Of a stretch of 64,000 nucleotides of DNA, positions 28,796-38,791 are shown one piece after another. A model generated the notes under the pieces. It searched no databases. It had not been told where the DNA came from and saw nothing but the letters and a program-made list of their open reading frames with translations. Every line of letters begins with the position of its first letter. The stretch's first letter is position 1. The DNA is taken from NCBI GenBank assembly GCA_963677705.1, contig OY782497.1:4703603-4767602 (forward strand), given 5' to 3'. This DNA comes from Myxococcota bacterium (GTDB lineage: Bacteria > Myxococcota_A > SURF-8 > G963677705). The translations under genes and the position numbers were made by a program.

Positions 28796-31700
28796 CTATT
28801 TCCCTGGAGAAGTCTGCTCCTTGATGGAGCGCTCTTCCTCTTCTTGTTCTTCTGGCTCCTGCTCGTCTGTCAGATCACTTTCTTCGCCCAAAGACTGTTC
28901 TTCAACTGGAGTTTGTTCCGGTGAGAATGCGGCTTTTATTTCTTCGACGGAGACAAGCTCTTCGGCCAGCTTGGCCAAGTCTTTGTAGGTTACGGGAGAC
29001 TCGGTATCCCAGGCCACCTGCCGAATGCGAAGCTCCAAGTCACGGTCGGCTTGGTTGGTCCGGGGAGCGTCGGAGTTCAGGCGGTTTTGTAGCAGTACGT
29101 CACGATGATCGTTCACACATTGTTTTGCCTGCCCCACGAGTTCTTGAGCATTTTCTTGAATCATCTGTTGATAAATGGTCTTGTCCTGCGGACGATCCCG
29201 TGGGTCTTCCGGCAGCTTGACTCTCCAGTTTCCCGGATAGGCAATATCGCTTTCCACTCGGCTGCGCTTCATCTCACATACGCACAGGGGTTTCTCACCC
29301 AGTTCCACGGTCAGCACACTGTTCAGAGTGTAGCTCCATGTCCATTTTTGTGCGAGGTAAGGGTGATCTTTGGGTTCTTGCACTTCAATGGTCATTGGTT
29401 CACCCAGACATTGTTTCCGGCTACGTTTCAATCGTTTCCGAAGTCGTTTTTCCGTGCGTCGTTTATAGACATCCTCACTGATCATCATCGCCGGTATTGC
29501 AATCAAACCCAAAATCGCGCCGACTCCACCGCTATCTTCGAGGTCTTCCATCCTCTTCTCGTTTTCCATCCTAACAATACGCCTTTCTGTGCGCCAGATG
29601 CGGTACTTGGTTTGCAGTTTTGAATACTTGTCACAGGCCTCCTTTTTCTTCGGGTTGGGGACGGTCTTGGGGACAAGGTAGGTATGGATGTTCAATTGTG
29701 GGGTTTGTTTTTCTACCACGGTTGCATCCAGTACCGTGGGGGCAAGGACCAGGTCAATACCCGGCTTGGCGTAGTCTTCAGTCAGCAAGCCCATATTGTG
29801 CAGCAGGGTATCACGCTGAAACGTAGCCATCGCATCATCAACGGGTAAGCGTTCGCCATCCAGTACGACGTGGGGGTGGGAAGATTCCCACAGGCGCAGG
29901 GGAGCATCTGCCGTGGTTGGGTTATCCTCGGCTTGTGGCAAGATTTCGGCACGTAATTCGCTGTAGAGGGTTGCCAGTCCCCAGGTTCCGCGTTTGTAGG
30001 CTTGCGTTGCCTTGGTCAGCCAGTAGCGGTCAAGGGCGTCACGCAGAGAGGTGCGCAGTTCCTCTTGCCCCGGAGCCTTACCGGCTTTTGTTGAACGAAG
30101 CCACAATGTAAACGCGCCCAGCGGGTCGCCACGGCTCAGTTTCTTCTTTGAAAGCACCATCAGGTTTTCCGCCGCCCTACAACAGTGAATGGCTTTGGCG
30201 GTATTCAACAAGTGGTGCCCGCTTTGAGCGCCCAGGGCGTTTGAAAAGGCGGAGTCAAAGTCTTCCGAGGACAACTCCGGATTTCCAACCAGCTTGCGCC
30301 ATGTTGCCGCAGCTTGCTTGCCCCTCGTCTCCCGCAGGTACTTACTCAGCCGCTTGGTTCGTTGGATGCAGGAATCGTTTTCCAGCGGGTCCAGGTCGGT
30401 CACACGGCGGCGGTCGATGGCGAGGGCACATTGCTCCAAGGCATCGTTTTTTTCGGGAGTCAGAATGCCGAAATCCTTGGTGGCGGCCAGTTCTTGCAGA
30501 CTGGAAACCTCTCCCTTCAAGCAACGATCCCGTTCTACCCAAAGCGCTTTCTCTGCTTTATCCACGGTGACTTGTACCGACAAGGCCAGGTCAGCAAACC
30601 AAAGAGCCTGGGTTGCCTGGATTCCCAAGGTTGAGTGGGTGGCGAATTGCAGGAAGAGATCCAGCCGTTCTTCGGCCATATAGGTTTGGAACTCCTTGCG
30701 GGCCCAGGCGTCGAACTCGGTGGGACAGTTGGTGATCAGATGATCGGCGCTCTGGGGATCCAACTCCATCGTTAAATCGACACCCGCCAAGGCGGCAGGA
30801 CAGTACAAGGGAAGAAAAGGCTTGGCTTCGTCTACCGTGGACCAGTCTTTTCCGCTGAGCCAGGCCAGAGCGTCGGCGTTCCAGGTGGCCTTGTCACTTT
30901 TCTGGCCTTGGGTGCGTAGAAGACGGCGTGCTTCTGTATCTTTGTAGGTCAGAGAAAAAAAACGAAGGTGTGAAACGAACCACTCCGCGCCTTTGTCCGG
31001 TGAGGTGTAGGCGTAGGCTTCCAGAACTGCACGCAAGCGCTCTTTGACTGTTGGATCGCTTTCGGAAAAACTTCCCTCCGGGCAGCGGTCAGCAGAGCGT
31101 ATCCAGGTGTTGAATACCTCACGATCCTTTGAGGCGTTGTCTATATCGTGGTCCAGACGGTTCACCATCCGGGTGCAGGCCTCTTTCATTGTAAGTTTCC
31201 AGGCCTGGTTGAAGCTCTTTGCCTGTTCAGGTGCCAGCCGTGAAACCAGGCAATCCAGTTCCTCGTCAGAGGGTAGCTCTTCCAGGTCGGCGCGGTTCAA
31301 CTTGGAGGTCCACTCTTCAGCCAGATTGGCCGCGCATTGCGCAACAAAAGGGGCATCGCAGGGGCGCAGATCCTCTCGGCAGATAGACTCGAACATGCAG
31401 GCATCTTCATCCTTGGCCAATTTTGTTACGCTGGCTTCAAGCGCCTCAATCACTTGCTCGGATATTTGGGGGCGCAGTTCCTCATCCTGGATGCTTTCGA
31501 GTATCAGGTCATGAAAGCTACAGAAATCCCCAGGATTCTCGGCCCTGTTTAGATCGTTGACCAAGGTTTCGTGCATGGTGGTACGCAACTTCTTCCATGC
31601 GTCCATCCCTTCCAGGCTTCGGGGTTCAGGTCCAAGAATCCTCCTCAAGCAGGCTTGCCCGGTCAGGCGCTCTCCTTTCATGCCGCAATCACGCCACAGA

Positions 31701-31825
31701 ACACGCGCTTCAGGAATCGGGGCATCGGGTGGAAGCCAGGTCGATTGGCGGGCGCAGGATGTGAAACATACGACCACCATCAACCAGGGAACTTGAAACA
31801 TCCAGCGTGTCCAGGCTGCTCTCAC
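28796..31825 (-). CDS. Large Cys-rich hypothetical lipoprotein (start may be ATG at 31801)
   Basis: 1009-aa ORF with lipobox-like VVCFTSC, more than 20 Cys, mostly helical composition and an acidic tail. No family recognised. Confidence 0.7.
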   Translation of the reverse strand: MRAAWTRWMFQVPWLMVVVCFTSCARQSTWLPPDAPIPEARVLWRDCGMKGERLTGQACLRRILGPEPRSLEGMDAWKKLRTTMHETLVNDLNRAENPGDFCSFHDLILESIQDEELRPQISEQVIEALEASVTKLAKDEDACMFESICREDLRPCDAPFVAQCAANLAEEWTSKLNRADLEELPSDEELDCLVSRLAPEQAKSFNQAWKLTMKEACTRMVNRLDHDIDNASKDREVFNTWIRSADRCPEGSFSESDPTVKERLRAVLEAYAYTSPDKGAEWFVSHLRFFSLTYKDTEARRLLRTQGQKSDKATWNADALAWLSGKDWSTVDEAKPFLPLYCPAALAGVDLTMELDPQSADHLITNCPTEFDAWARKEFQTYMAEERLDLFLQFATHSTLGIQATQALWFADLALSVQVTVDKAEKALWVERDRCLKGEVSSLQELAATKDFGILTPEKNDALEQCALAIDRRRVTDLDPLENDSCIQRTKRLSKYLRETRGKQAAATWRKLVGNPELSSEDFDSAFSNALGAQSGHHLLNTAKAIHCCRAAENLMVLSKKKLSRGDPLGAFTLWLRSTKAGKAPGQEELRTSLRDALDRYWLTKATQAYKRGTWGLATLYSELRAEILPQAEDNPTTADAPLRLWESSHPHVVLDGERLPVDDAMATFQRDTLLHNMGLLTEDYAKPGIDLVLAPTVLDATVVEKQTPQLNIHTYLVPKTVPNPKKKEACDKYSKLQTKYRIWRTERRIVRMENEKRMEDLEDSGGVGAILGLIAIPAMMISEDVYKRRTEKRLRKRLKRSRKQCLGEPMTIEVQEPKDHPYLAQKWTWSYTLNSVLTVELGEKPLCVCEMKRSRVESDIAYPGNWRVKLPEDPRDRPQDKTIYQQMIQENAQELVGQAKQCVNDHRDVLLQNRLNSDAPRTNQADRDLELRIRQVAWDTESPVTYKDLAKLAEELVSVEEIKAAFSPEQTPVEEQSLGEESDLTDEQEPEEQEEEERSIKEQTSPGK

Positions 31826-32227
31826 CGTGCTTCTCCTCGCGTTTGTTTTGAAACCGACATGAATGTCGAATCAGAAATATATTACCAGATTACCATCTTT
31901 GGAGGGAGAAATCAACTTGAATGGCGTGCTTGCGGGGTAATTCTGTTCTGGAATGCTACCCAACGATGGTTTTATCGAATATCCAGAGGATGCGATGAGA
32001 GAGAGGCGTGCTCACGCAGGGACTTCATGGATTGATTGATGATTGGTGGGCAAAATGGAAATCAGGAGGCTGGAGAGGAGGAATCAAAACGTGGCTTCAT
32101 GGCCTGGGTTGGGAACGGTGTCGTGTGGTGGGTCCGTGGGAAAATGAGTGGTGAATCAATACATCCAAAGTGAACGAAACAGGGTGAATCGGGATCGTGA
32201 ACATGGGGTAGGCCATGAAGCCGATTC

Positions 32228-32416
32228 TCAGGGATTCTTCCGCTGGGGAGTGCTGATGATCTTCCAGAGGAGTTCGCGCAAGGCCGTGTCCGGGTCCGAA
32301 GCCAGGACGTTTTCAATGGCTTGCAAGAGGGTCATATCGCCGGATACAAACTGCAAGGGGCGTTCGGTGTGTGTTTCATCGTGGGCTGTCTGCGTTACAT
32401 CTTTTGTCGTGTTCAT
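32228..32416 (-). CDS. Small hypothetical protein (62 aa)
   Basis: Strong RBS AAAGGAG upstream of the ATG and a sigma54 motif about 70 nt upstream. Confidence 0.55.
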   Translation of the reverse strand: MNTTKDVTQTAHDETHTERPLQFVSGDMTLLQAIENVLASDPDTALRELLWKIISTPQRKNP

Positions 32417-32488
32417 GATGCTCTCCTTTGCCGAAACAGGGTGAGTGAAGAATCCCTGTGTTGCTTGTTTCGGCTATTGTGAGACAGA

Positions 32489-32504
32489 AGCATGTTTCGT
32501 GCCA
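32489..32504 (-). promoter_or_regulatory. Sigma54 (-24/-12) promoter
   Basis: The minus strand reads TGGCACGAAACATGCT, with exact GG-N10-GC spacing. Confidence 0.7.
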
Positions 32505-33017
32505 TCATGTTAACGTGTAGTAAATGCTGGGAGTAATTCTATTTCATGTCCTTTGCCTGTGCCACCGGTTGTTCCAAAGCGACAGGATCGGGTGGTTTTG
32601 TTGTCAATATCGGCTCAAGATGGAACACGCTTCTTAAACAGGTGAGACTAGGTCGGATTCTCACCGACAGACGAGGGAAAAGTCACCAATTAACCGTAAT
32701 TTAGGAAAAGGCAAACAAACCATTGAATAGAATGGCGTAACCTGCGGAGCCAGGGGATGTTCGTGGGTTCATTCTGTGGATGTGATACAGAATCCTTTGC
32801 CTGAAGGAAGGAAATGAAAATGGACAAAGCCATGAAATATGGGTTGATTTTCCAAGATCATGAGTTAGGCTCTACAAAGATGGAATCGGAAGCCGCTCCT
32901 GATGCGTTTCTTTCCCTGGAAGAACGGGAGCGGCAATTCCTACAACACAGAGACCGGCCCGCTTTATCCCCACATGACAAGAGGGAAGGCGGAGCCTTCG
33001 ATCAAGGAGTCAGCCTC

Positions 33018-35441
33018 ATGGCCAAAGTGGATATGCACTGCCACTCCCGCTATTCGGACAAGCCCGTACACTGGATCTTCCACAAAGTTGGCGCCCGCGA
33101 ATCCTACATCAAACCTGAAACCCTCTATCACCGGCAAAAGAGCCGTGGTATGGACTTCGTGACCATCACGGATCACGATGTCATTGACGGTGCGTTGGAA
33201 ATTGCCTCGAACCATGATGACGCCTTCGTCAGTTGTGAGTTTACCTGCAGTTTCCTGAAAATCCCCGGACGCTTCCATATCTGCGTCTATGACATCACGG
33301 AAGAGGATTACCGTATCGGACGCAGACTCTCTACCGACATTGTGGAGTTTGCCGCCTACTTCCGCGAGCGTGGAAAACTGGTCAGCGTGCCTCATCCCCT
33401 GCACACCTACCGGGGTGATACCACCTTGGAGCATCTGGAAAAGCTGGTTTTACTCTTTGAGAACTTCGAGGAGTTCAACGGCCTGATGATGAAAGAGGCC
33501 AACGTGATGCAGAAGGCCTTCTTGGATAACCTCTCGCCGCAGATCATTGAGCGCCTGGTTGACAAGCACGGCATTGAACCGGTGTTCCCGGAGCCGTGGA
33601 AGAAAGGCCGTGTGGGCGGAAGCGATGACCATAGTTCCTTCTTTCTGGCCAGCGGATGGACGAAGATCGACGGCGAGATTCAAACCTACCAGGATTTCCT
33701 CAACGGTATCCGCGAAAAGCGCTCCGTCGGCGAAGGCATCAGCAACCACACGCTGCGCTTTGCCCACTCCACCCATACCAACGTGGTGGACTACTTCATG
33801 GAAAACTTCTGCCCGGAAGGCCCACTGCACGAGCGGGCAACCCAGGTGGCACGTCTGGTCTTTGGCGACCAGATCAAAGAAGTGGAACTTGCCGCCCGCT
33901 TGAAGGAAAAGGCGGATGGCGATTCCTCCTCCCTGACCCAGCCCTCACGTGAAGACATGCTCATCGCCGGGCTGACCCAGATTGTTATGCGTGACTGGCA
34001 CGACCCGAACCTGCTGTTTGATCGTGTCGTGGGGCGTGACCTGCAAGAGGAAACCTTCACCATCATTTCCACGATGTTCAACACCCTGGTCAATCGCTCC
34101 ATCAGCCAGTGGGTAGAGATGATGAAGCAGGGGCGCTTGGCCGACGCTTTTTCCAAGTTGGCGCTGATTGCTCCCACGGCGATGGCTGCCGTACCTTATA
34201 TTATGGGGTTCCGGCATTTCCACTCGGACAACGCCTTCCGTCGTGAACTGGCCCAAGAATACAGCCTGCGCAATCCTATGGAAGAGCGACCGGAAAAATG
34301 GGCCTGGTTCACCGATACCGTGCTGGATGTCAACGGTGTGGCACGGACCATTCAAACCGTGAGTGCCCTGGCGGAAAAACACAACACGCCGATCACGACG
34401 ATGACCTGTCATCCGACCAAGCCGCCATTCAGTGGACACATTGAGAACTTCAAACCCATTTACCACTTCAGCCTGCCGGAATACGAAAGCATGGTCATGG
34501 GTATTCCGCCCATTCTGGATATTCTGCGCCATTGTGAAAAAGAGAAGTACACCCGTTTCATCATCAGTACGCCGGGACCGCTGGGCCTGGTGGCGATGTG
34601 GGTCGCCAATATCCTGGATATTCCTACGGTGGCGATCTACCACACGGATATTCCCAACTATGCGCGCATCCTCACCGGAGATAAAACCGTGGAGGGCTTG
34701 GCCTGGTTGCTGGTCCGTGGCTTCTATAGCAATGTGGATCAGGTCTACGTTCTGACCGAGGCCTACAAGACCCTGCTGCTGGAAAATGGCGTGAAGCACA
34801 ACGACATCCGCATCTTCCCCAAAGGAACGGATCTTGAATTGTATACGCCGGATCGGCGCAAGCCCGATCTCTGGCAGAAATACGAAGGGCTCAACGGTGG
34901 AAGCAAGATCCTTTATGTAGGCCGTGTGAGTAAGGAAAAAGATTTGGACGTGCTGCGGCTGGCCTATCGTCAGATTCGTGAGAAACGGGACGATGTAGAC
35001 CTGGTCATCGTCGGTGATGGTCCCTACCTGAAGGAACTCAAAGAAAAGATGGCCGAGATTCCCGGCGTGCTGTTCACCGGTTTTGTGGAAGGAACCGACT
35101 TGGCGGAACTGTACGCCAGCTCCGATGTCTTTGCCTTCCCCAGCACGACGGACACCTACGGCTCGGTGGTCTTGGAAGCCCAGGCCTGTGGTCTGCCGGT
35201 GGTGGTCAGTGACCAGGGTGGCCCGAAGGAAGTTATTGTGGATGGAAAAACAGGCATCGTGACCAAGGCTAAAAACGTGGATAGTTTCACCGAAGCCTTG
35301 CTGCGCCTGGTGGATGATGAAGACCTGCGTGAGAGCATGGGCTATGAAGGCCGCCTGCATACCGAAAACAAGAGCTGGGAGAACGCCTTCCAGACCTTCT
35401 GGGATGGTCAAACCCATCTGAGTTACCAACCCAAAGACTGA
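33018..35441 (+). CDS. PHP metallophosphoesterase fused to a GT4 glycosyltransferase
   Basis: PHP motifs DMHCHS, TITDHD, SCEF, PHP, GGSDDH. GT-B motifs DVNGVA, YHTDIP, YVGRVSKEK, FPSTTDTYGSVVLEAQACGLPV. RBS AAGGAG precedes the ATG at 33018. Confidence 0.88.
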   Translation: MAKVDMHCHSRYSDKPVHWIFHKVGARESYIKPETLYHRQKSRGMDFVTITDHDVIDGALEIASNHDDAFVSCEFTCSFLKIPGRFHICVYDITEEDYRIGRRLSTDIVEFAAYFRERGKLVSVPHPLHTYRGDTTLEHLEKLVLLFENFEEFNGLMMKEANVMQKAFLDNLSPQIIERLVDKHGIEPVFPEPWKKGRVGGSDDHSSFFLASGWTKIDGEIQTYQDFLNGIREKRSVGEGISNHTLRFAHSTHTNVVDYFMENFCPEGPLHERATQVARLVFGDQIKEVELAARLKEKADGDSSSLTQPSREDMLIAGLTQIVMRDWHDPNLLFDRVVGRDLQEETFTIISTMFNTLVNRSISQWVEMMKQGRLADAFSKLALIAPTAMAAVPYIMGFRHFHSDNAFRRELAQEYSLRNPMEERPEKWAWFTDTVLDVNGVARTIQTVSALAEKHNTPITTMTCHPTKPPFSGHIENFKPIYHFSLPEYESMVMGIPPILDILRHCEKEKYTRFIISTPGPLGLVAMWVANILDIPTVAIYHTDIPNYARILTGDKTVEGLAWLLVRGFYSNVDQVYVLTEAYKTLLLENGVKHNDIRIFPKGTDLELYTPDRRKPDLWQKYEGLNGGSKILYVGRVSKEKDLDVLRLAYRQIREKRDDVDLVIVGDGPYLKELKEKMAEIPGVLFTGFVEGTDLAELYASSDVFAFPSTTDTYGSVVLEAQACGLPVVVSDQGGPKEVIVDGKTGIVTKAKNVDSFTEALLRLVDDEDLRESMGYEGRLHTENKSWENAFQTFWDGQTHLSYQPKD

Positions 35442-35484
35442 TCTGCTCCGAACAGAGCGCTTCAAAACGACCTCTGCCTTGGAT

Positions 35485-35509
35485 GCCCTCCCTTCGGGGA
35501 GGGCTTTTT
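35485..35509 (+). terminator. Intrinsic terminator
   Basis: GCCCTCCC-TTCG-GGGAGGGC-TTTTT. Confidence 0.88.
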
Positions 35510-35845
35510 GGTCTCATCTTGCCGGTTTCGTAAGACGCGATGACGCATTAGTGTCTCTGGCATCTCTGTTTTCAGGTAGGAAAAATTTTCCATAGTAAAA
35601 TATATAGCATGATTGCTTTCATGTTGTGTCTGATCTGTCCTATCTGGAATCGTCAAATTCGTGACAAAATGGGGAAAGAATTTCCCTCTTTCCTAGCCAG
35701 GGAATCGAGGGTGATGTCTGGTTTGACGCGATTCGTCTGTATTTAAGAAATCAATGGAATAACAGGAAATATTTTCTTCGTTGTCTCTTCAGTTCGGACC
35801 TTTTTTCCCTTTGTCAATAAAAACGACAAAAAGAAAATTCTCCTC

Positions 35846-35872
35846 TCAAGAGCGCTGTCATGGAGTCGATCC
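35846..35872 (+). promoter_or_regulatory. Sigma28 (FliA) promoter of flagellin 1
   Basis: TCAA-N15-GTCGATCC versus consensus TAAA-N15-GCCGATAA. Confidence 0.65.
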
Positions 35873-35983
35873 AAGAAGCGTGACGGAAAGAAATTGTGAA
35901 AAGAGATAGTGATGAAGAAACGGATAAACCCAAAACCAATCAACAGAAGAGCGGAGGTGACCTGTGATTCCCTTATCACTTAC

Positions 35984-36017
35984 GGGCAAGACGGACTTTG
36001 CCCACTAGTTTCATGGA
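35984..36017 (+). promoter_or_regulatory. CsrA-type operator of flagellin 1
   Basis: GGGCAAG-ACGGAC-TTTGCCC hairpin plus ATGGA overlapping the SD. Confidence 0.7.
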
Positions 36018-36026
36018 GGTCTTGAC

Positions 36027-37190
36027 ATGGGATTCAGAATTCAAAACAATTTGGCGTCCATCAATGCTCACCGTTATCTGAGCATCAATGACAACTCGCT
36101 GAACCAAACCTTGGAACGCCTCTCGTCGGGCTACCGAATCAACAGCGCGGCGGATGATGCAGCGGGGCTTGCGGCTTCGATGCGGATGCGTACAGAAATT
36201 GCTAGCCTGAAGGTCGCTTCTCGTAATGCTACGGAAGCGAGCAGCGCTCTGCAAGTTGCCGAGGGTGCGATGAGCGAAATCGGCATTATTCTGGAACGCC
36301 TCAAAGAACTGGCGACTCAAGCTGCCAGCGGTAACTCCAGCGGGGACCGCTCCAAGATTGATGTAGAGCGCGCGCAACTGGTTCAGGAACTGGACCGGAT
36401 CGTCAGCTTCACCAAGTATGGTGACGATGTCCTGCTGGATGGCACCTTCGGTGGTGCGGAACTGGATGAGGTCAACACCACGGCCTATGTGGCGGGTATC
36501 ACCAATATCGACGTGACCAACGCCGACATCAGTGAAACCTATACCATCGACACCGGTGACTTGGATGGTGATGGCGATAACAACGATATCAGCCTCACCG
36601 ATTCCAACGGCAACGTGCAGACCATTCTGGACATCGCCGCTCCGGCTGGTGATCTGGCGATGAACGAAACCAAGCAACTGAACTTCAGTGACCTTGGCGT
36701 GGTTCTGACCTACAACAACCAGTTCGACATCGCCAACGGTGGCGCGATTGATGGAACCATCATTCAAACCACGGCAACGGCGGCCAAAGCCACCTACCAG
36801 GTCGGTAACAAAAACAACGGTACGAACCAGATTTCCTTCAGCATTGATTCGCTGAGTTCGAATACCTTGTTTGCTGCCGGTGGTGGTGCCATTGACTTTA
36901 CCACCGTCGCCGCAGCTCAAACGGCCTTGACGACCATTGATGATGCCGTCTCCAAACTGGCTACCGCTCGTGCGGATCTTGGTGCTTTGCTGAACCGCTT
37001 CAGTTATACATCCAGCAACCTTGCCACCAGCATCGAGAACAAGACGGCCAGTGAGTCGGTGATTCGCGATGTAGACATGGCCGCCGAGATGAGCAACTTC
37101 ACCAAGTACCAGATTCTGGTGCAGGCGGGAACCGCCATGTTGGCCCAGGCCAACCAGGCTCCGCAGAACATTCTTTCCTTGCTTCAATAG
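36027..37190 (+). CDS. fliC: Flagellin 1
   Basis: MGFRIQNN...RLSSGYRINSAADDAAG...IRDVDMAAEM...LAQANQ. Confidence 0.96.
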   Translation: MGFRIQNNLASINAHRYLSINDNSLNQTLERLSSGYRINSAADDAAGLAASMRMRTEIASLKVASRNATEASSALQVAEGAMSEIGIILERLKELATQAASGNSSGDRSKIDVERAQLVQELDRIVSFTKYGDDVLLDGTFGGAELDEVNTTAYVAGITNIDVTNADISETYTIDTGDLDGDGDNNDISLTDSNGNVQTILDIAAPAGDLAMNETKQLNFSDLGVVLTYNNQFDIANGGAIDGTIIQTTATAAKATYQVGNKNNGTNQISFSIDSLSSNTLFAAGGGAIDFTTVAAAQTALTTIDDAVSKLATARADLGALLNRFSYTSSNLATSIENKTASESVIRDVDMAAEMSNFTKYQILVQAGTAMLAQANQAPQNILSLLQ

Positions 37191-37213
37191 ATCAGTCACT
37201 TCCGTTCTTCATC

Positions 37214-37243
37214 AAACCGGCGGGGTTGTCCCGCCGGTTTTTT
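37214..37243 (+). terminator. Intrinsic terminator after flagellin 1
   Basis: AAACCGGCGGG-GTTGT-CCCGCCGGTTT-TTT. Confidence 0.85.
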
Positions 37244-37316
37244 CGTGCAACCAACGGGTTTTGCTCAATGAATGCGGTTAGGGGGAATTTTTTTCCGGAA
37301 AAATGCACGACCCCGG

Positions 37317-37343
37317 TAAAGAACTCCCACCTGATGACGATTC
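37317..37343 (+). promoter_or_regulatory. Sigma28 promoter of flagellin 2
   Basis: TAAA-N15-GACGATTC. Confidence 0.65.
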
Positions 37344-37414
37344 TATCTCGTGAAGGCGCTGGACAAATGGTTTGGCCGGGGCTTTCAAAACAAGTGAATC
37401 GTTTTTCTTATTTC

Positions 37415-37448
37415 GGGTGATACGGACATCGCCCACCCATTTCACGGA
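37415..37448 (+). promoter_or_regulatory. CsrA-type operator of flagellin 2
   Basis: GGGTGAT-ACGGAC-ATCGCCC hairpin plus ACGGA overlapping the SD. Confidence 0.7.
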
Positions 37449-37456
37449 GGTTTGTC

Positions 37457-38623
37457 ATGGGATTCCGCATTCAAAACAATATCGCTTCCATCAATGCACA
37501 CAACTATCTGACCAAGGCCGACAATATGATGTCGAAAACCTTGGGACGCCTGTCGTCGGGCTATCGCATCAATAGCGCGTCTGATGATGCCGCAGGCCTG
37601 TCTGCGTCGATGCGTCTTCGTGCAGAAACCGCCAGCTTGAAGGTGGCCAGCCGCAACGCGGCAGAGGCTTCCAGCTCGCTGCAAGTGGCGGAAGGCGCGA
37701 TGAACGAGATCGGCTCCATTCTGGAGCGGCTGAAAGAACTGGCCACCCAGGCCGCCAGCGGTAACGCCGGTGCCGACCTGGCCAAGATCGACGCCGAACG
37801 CTCCGATCTGACCGCTGAAATCGACCGGATCGTGAACTTCACCCAGTACGGTGGTGACACCCTGCTGGATGGTTCCTACGGTGGCGTGGCGTTGGATACC
37901 AACAATGCCAACTCCGATGCCTGGGATGTTCAGGGTGTGACCAACATCGACGTGAGCAATGCCAAAGTCAGCGAAACCTACACCATCACGGTGGGTGACT
38001 TCGACGGCGACGGTGACAACGATGATGTGACCTTGACCGACAGCAATGGTAATGCCCAGACCATTGAAGACCCGGAACTCTCTGCGAACCTGGGTATGAA
38101 CGAAGAACGTACGCTGAACTTCAGCGAACTGGGCGTGAAGATCAGCTACAACAGCCAGATGGGCCTTGTCGGTGGCGATCTTGCGGACCTCGATGGAACC
38201 AACGTGGTGACCTTGGCCACGGCTCCGACGGCGAAGTTCCAGATCGGTAACGAGAACAACGGTGACAACCAGATCGGTTTTGCCTTGAACAGTTTGGCCA
38301 CCGCCGACCTGTTCACTGCTGCGGTGGATCTTTCTTCGATGTCCGGTGCCCAGACGGCGCTTGACACCATCGACAGTGCGATCAGCAGCTTGGCCACGGA
38401 ACGCGGCAAAGTGGGTGCTTTGATGAACCGCTTCAGCTACGCATCCAGCAACCTTGCCACCAGCATCGAGAACAAGACGGCCAGTGAGTCGGTGATTCGC
38501 GATGTAGACATGGCCGCCGAGATGAGCAACTTCACCAAGTACCAGATTCTGGTGCAGGCGGGAACCAGCATGTTGGCCCAGGCCAATCAGGCTCCGCAGA
38601 ATGTGTTGTCGCTGCTGCGGTAA
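37457..38623 (+). CDS. fliC: Flagellin 2
   Basis: Flagellin N- and C-terminal conserved domains, 388 aa. Confidence 0.96.
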   Translation: MGFRIQNNIASINAHNYLTKADNMMSKTLGRLSSGYRINSASDDAAGLSASMRLRAETASLKVASRNAAEASSSLQVAEGAMNEIGSILERLKELATQAASGNAGADLAKIDAERSDLTAEIDRIVNFTQYGGDTLLDGSYGGVALDTNNANSDAWDVQGVTNIDVSNAKVSETYTITVGDFDGDGDNDDVTLTDSNGNAQTIEDPELSANLGMNEERTLNFSELGVKISYNSQMGLVGGDLADLDGTNVVTLATAPTAKFQIGNENNGDNQIGFALNSLATADLFTAAVDLSSMSGAQTALDTIDSAISSLATERGKVGALMNRFSYASSNLATSIENKTASESVIRDVDMAAEMSNFTKYQILVQAGTSMLAQANQAPQNVLSLLR

Positions 38624-38651
38624 GCTTCGCGCAAGTCTTTCAACCAAACCT

Positions 38652-38690
38652 GAAAACGGGAGAGGAAAATTCCTCTCCCGTTTTCTTTTT
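38652..38690 (+). terminator. Intrinsic terminator after flagellin 2
   Basis: GAAAACGGGAGAGGAA-AA-TTCCTCTCCCGTTTTC-TTTTT. Confidence 0.88.
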
Positions 38691-38693
38691 GTC

Positions 38694-38720
38694 TAAAGAT
38701 TCCAAAGAAATGTCCGATTC
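38694..38720 (+). promoter_or_regulatory. Sigma28 promoter of flagellin 3
   Basis: TAAA-N15-TCCGATTC. Confidence 0.72.
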
Positions 38721-38791
38721 AATACATGGAGGCCTAGCATGTGTCCGGACAACATTGATTGCAACTGTCTCCGTGTTCGACTCTACCTAGT

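Noticed and set aside
32704-32755. Resemblance to a c-di-GMP-I riboswitch (GGCAAAC...CCATT-loop-AATGG-CGTAA)
   Set aside because: It lacks the GNRA tetraloop, GACGCAAAG and receptor/GYCTA elements. An Infernal scan would settle it.
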